Origin: Chiloscyllium plagiosum | Lineage: Eukaryota | Direction: 5' to 3' | DNA: 64,000 nucleotides | Assembly: GCF_004010195.1 (NCBI RefSeq) | Contig: NC_057720.1 | Location: forward strand, 5,413,241 to 5,477,240 | Shown here: in pieces, positions 62,666-64,000 of the stretch | Layout of the letters: each line of letters begins with the position of its first letter | Numbering within the stretch: the stretch's first letter is position 1 | Program-made: the position numbers and the translations under genes | The notes under the pieces: model-generated | What the model was told of the DNA's origin: nothing | Databases searched by the model: none | The model's input: only the letters and a program-made list of their open reading frames with translations

Positions 62666-64000
62666 CTGTCTGTACAGTGTAGAAGGTGGGTCAAGAGCAA
62701 TGCTGCAAATGGCTTACTCCTTCTCCTATGTGATGGTCTTATGGTCTTGAGGAGATTGTAGGCCAAAGATTGGTGTATTTTGGTGTCTCTAGAAAAGGCC
62801 AGGCACCAGGTCAAAGAAAACAATAGCTTCTGTACACCTGCATTAAAATTACAACCCTCACTACAGTGCAAAGAGTCATTGTAAAGATGGAAAATTTGAA
62901 TGACTTGAATTTTAAATTGATTATTCATTGGGGAGCATGATATTCAAGCAACACAATTGAATTGACAATGACTTGTCCTTGAGAACTGCAGAATAGTGTC
63001 TGTTACAGTGGGCTCTATGAATGGCTTCTCTGTTGATGGGAGAATTAGGAACTGCATTACGTAGGAGCTGAGTGATTCTCAGTGAGGCATGGGCAGTTTA
63101 ATAGAGGTGAAAGCTTCCTGCTGTGACTGGACTGAGTTTCTGTCCCTGACTGCCTCAGTCTGCCAGCTGGAGTCTCCAATCGAGGCATGCGAGTGGGCAG
63201 TGCAAAGGTACTGACTGGGAAAAGATACTGAGTCTGATGCTCATTCAGAGAGCTGGAGCAGACTCAATGGGCCGAATGGCCTCCTCTGCACTATAACAAT
63301 CCTTTGATTCTGTTCTGTGAATGGTACCTTCAGCCAGGCACTTCACAAGCTTCGGCACTTAAAACAGAGTTTGTCAATCCTAGACCGTAAACTCTCTCCC
63401 CATCTTGTTTGCAGGATTGAGAAACCAAAACAACTGCGGTGCTGTATGAGTCAGAAACAAAAACAGAAATTGCTGGAAAAGCTCAGCAGGTCTGGCAGCA
63501 TCCATGGAGAGAAATCAGAGTTAATGCTTTGGGTCTGGTTCTGAGGAAGGATCATCAGACCTGAAACATTAACTCTGAGTTCAGAACATAGATGCCGCCA
63601 GACCTGCTGAGCTTTTCCAGCAATTTCTGCTTTTGTTTCTTATTTACAGGAGTATTTGCTTTCTCTTGTTAATTATTAATTCCTTTACTTTGCATTCGGA
63701 GAGCAGCTGCCCTGTCTTTCAGACTTGCACAAAACACATCAGCCTCCTGGTCCAAGCACAGGTGGCTGGGACTAGTTTCGTTTGGGATTATGGTCACCTT
63801 GGATTGGTTGGGCCGAAGGGTCTGTTTCCATGCTGTATGATTCTATGACTCTATAACTAGCTCCTTTTTGAAAACATTTGATGTTTTGGCCTCAACTGCT
63901 TGCTGTGGTAGTGAATTCCACAGGTTCCCCACTCTCTGCATGAGGATATTGCTCCTCATCTCAGTCCGAAATAGCCTACCCCATAGACTGTGACCCCCTG

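Overview
Repeat-saturated, CpG-depleted vertebrate genomic DNA. The HE1-type V-SINEs, SacSINE1-like DeuSINE and HER1-like CR1 LINEs point to a shark or other elasmobranch (inference). No intact protein-coding gene is recognisable, and every ORF I could assign is a decayed transposon fragment. Contents: many CR1 pieces, about 9 HE1 SINEs, a Rex1/Babar LINE, three decayed Gypsy (Mag/K02A2.6-like) copies, one minus-strand Gmr1-type Gypsy with PR-IN-RT-RH order, many Penelope terminal-repeat hairpins, and Tx1/L1-clade 3' fragments. A CpG-rich patch with splice donors near 43.85-44.9 kb may be a host promoter and first exon. Two observations stand out. (1) The Tx1-like element has stacked up as tandem arrays at the same site, TATAAACAGGAGT (the TATA box), in two separate Gypsy LTRs, with repeated 13-14 bp target duplications. 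This suggests a sequence-specific parasite of a retrotransposon promoter. (2) At least three distinct Penelope terminal-repeat families carry minimal hammerhead-ribozyme cores with covarying helices. Coordinates of old repeats are approximate.
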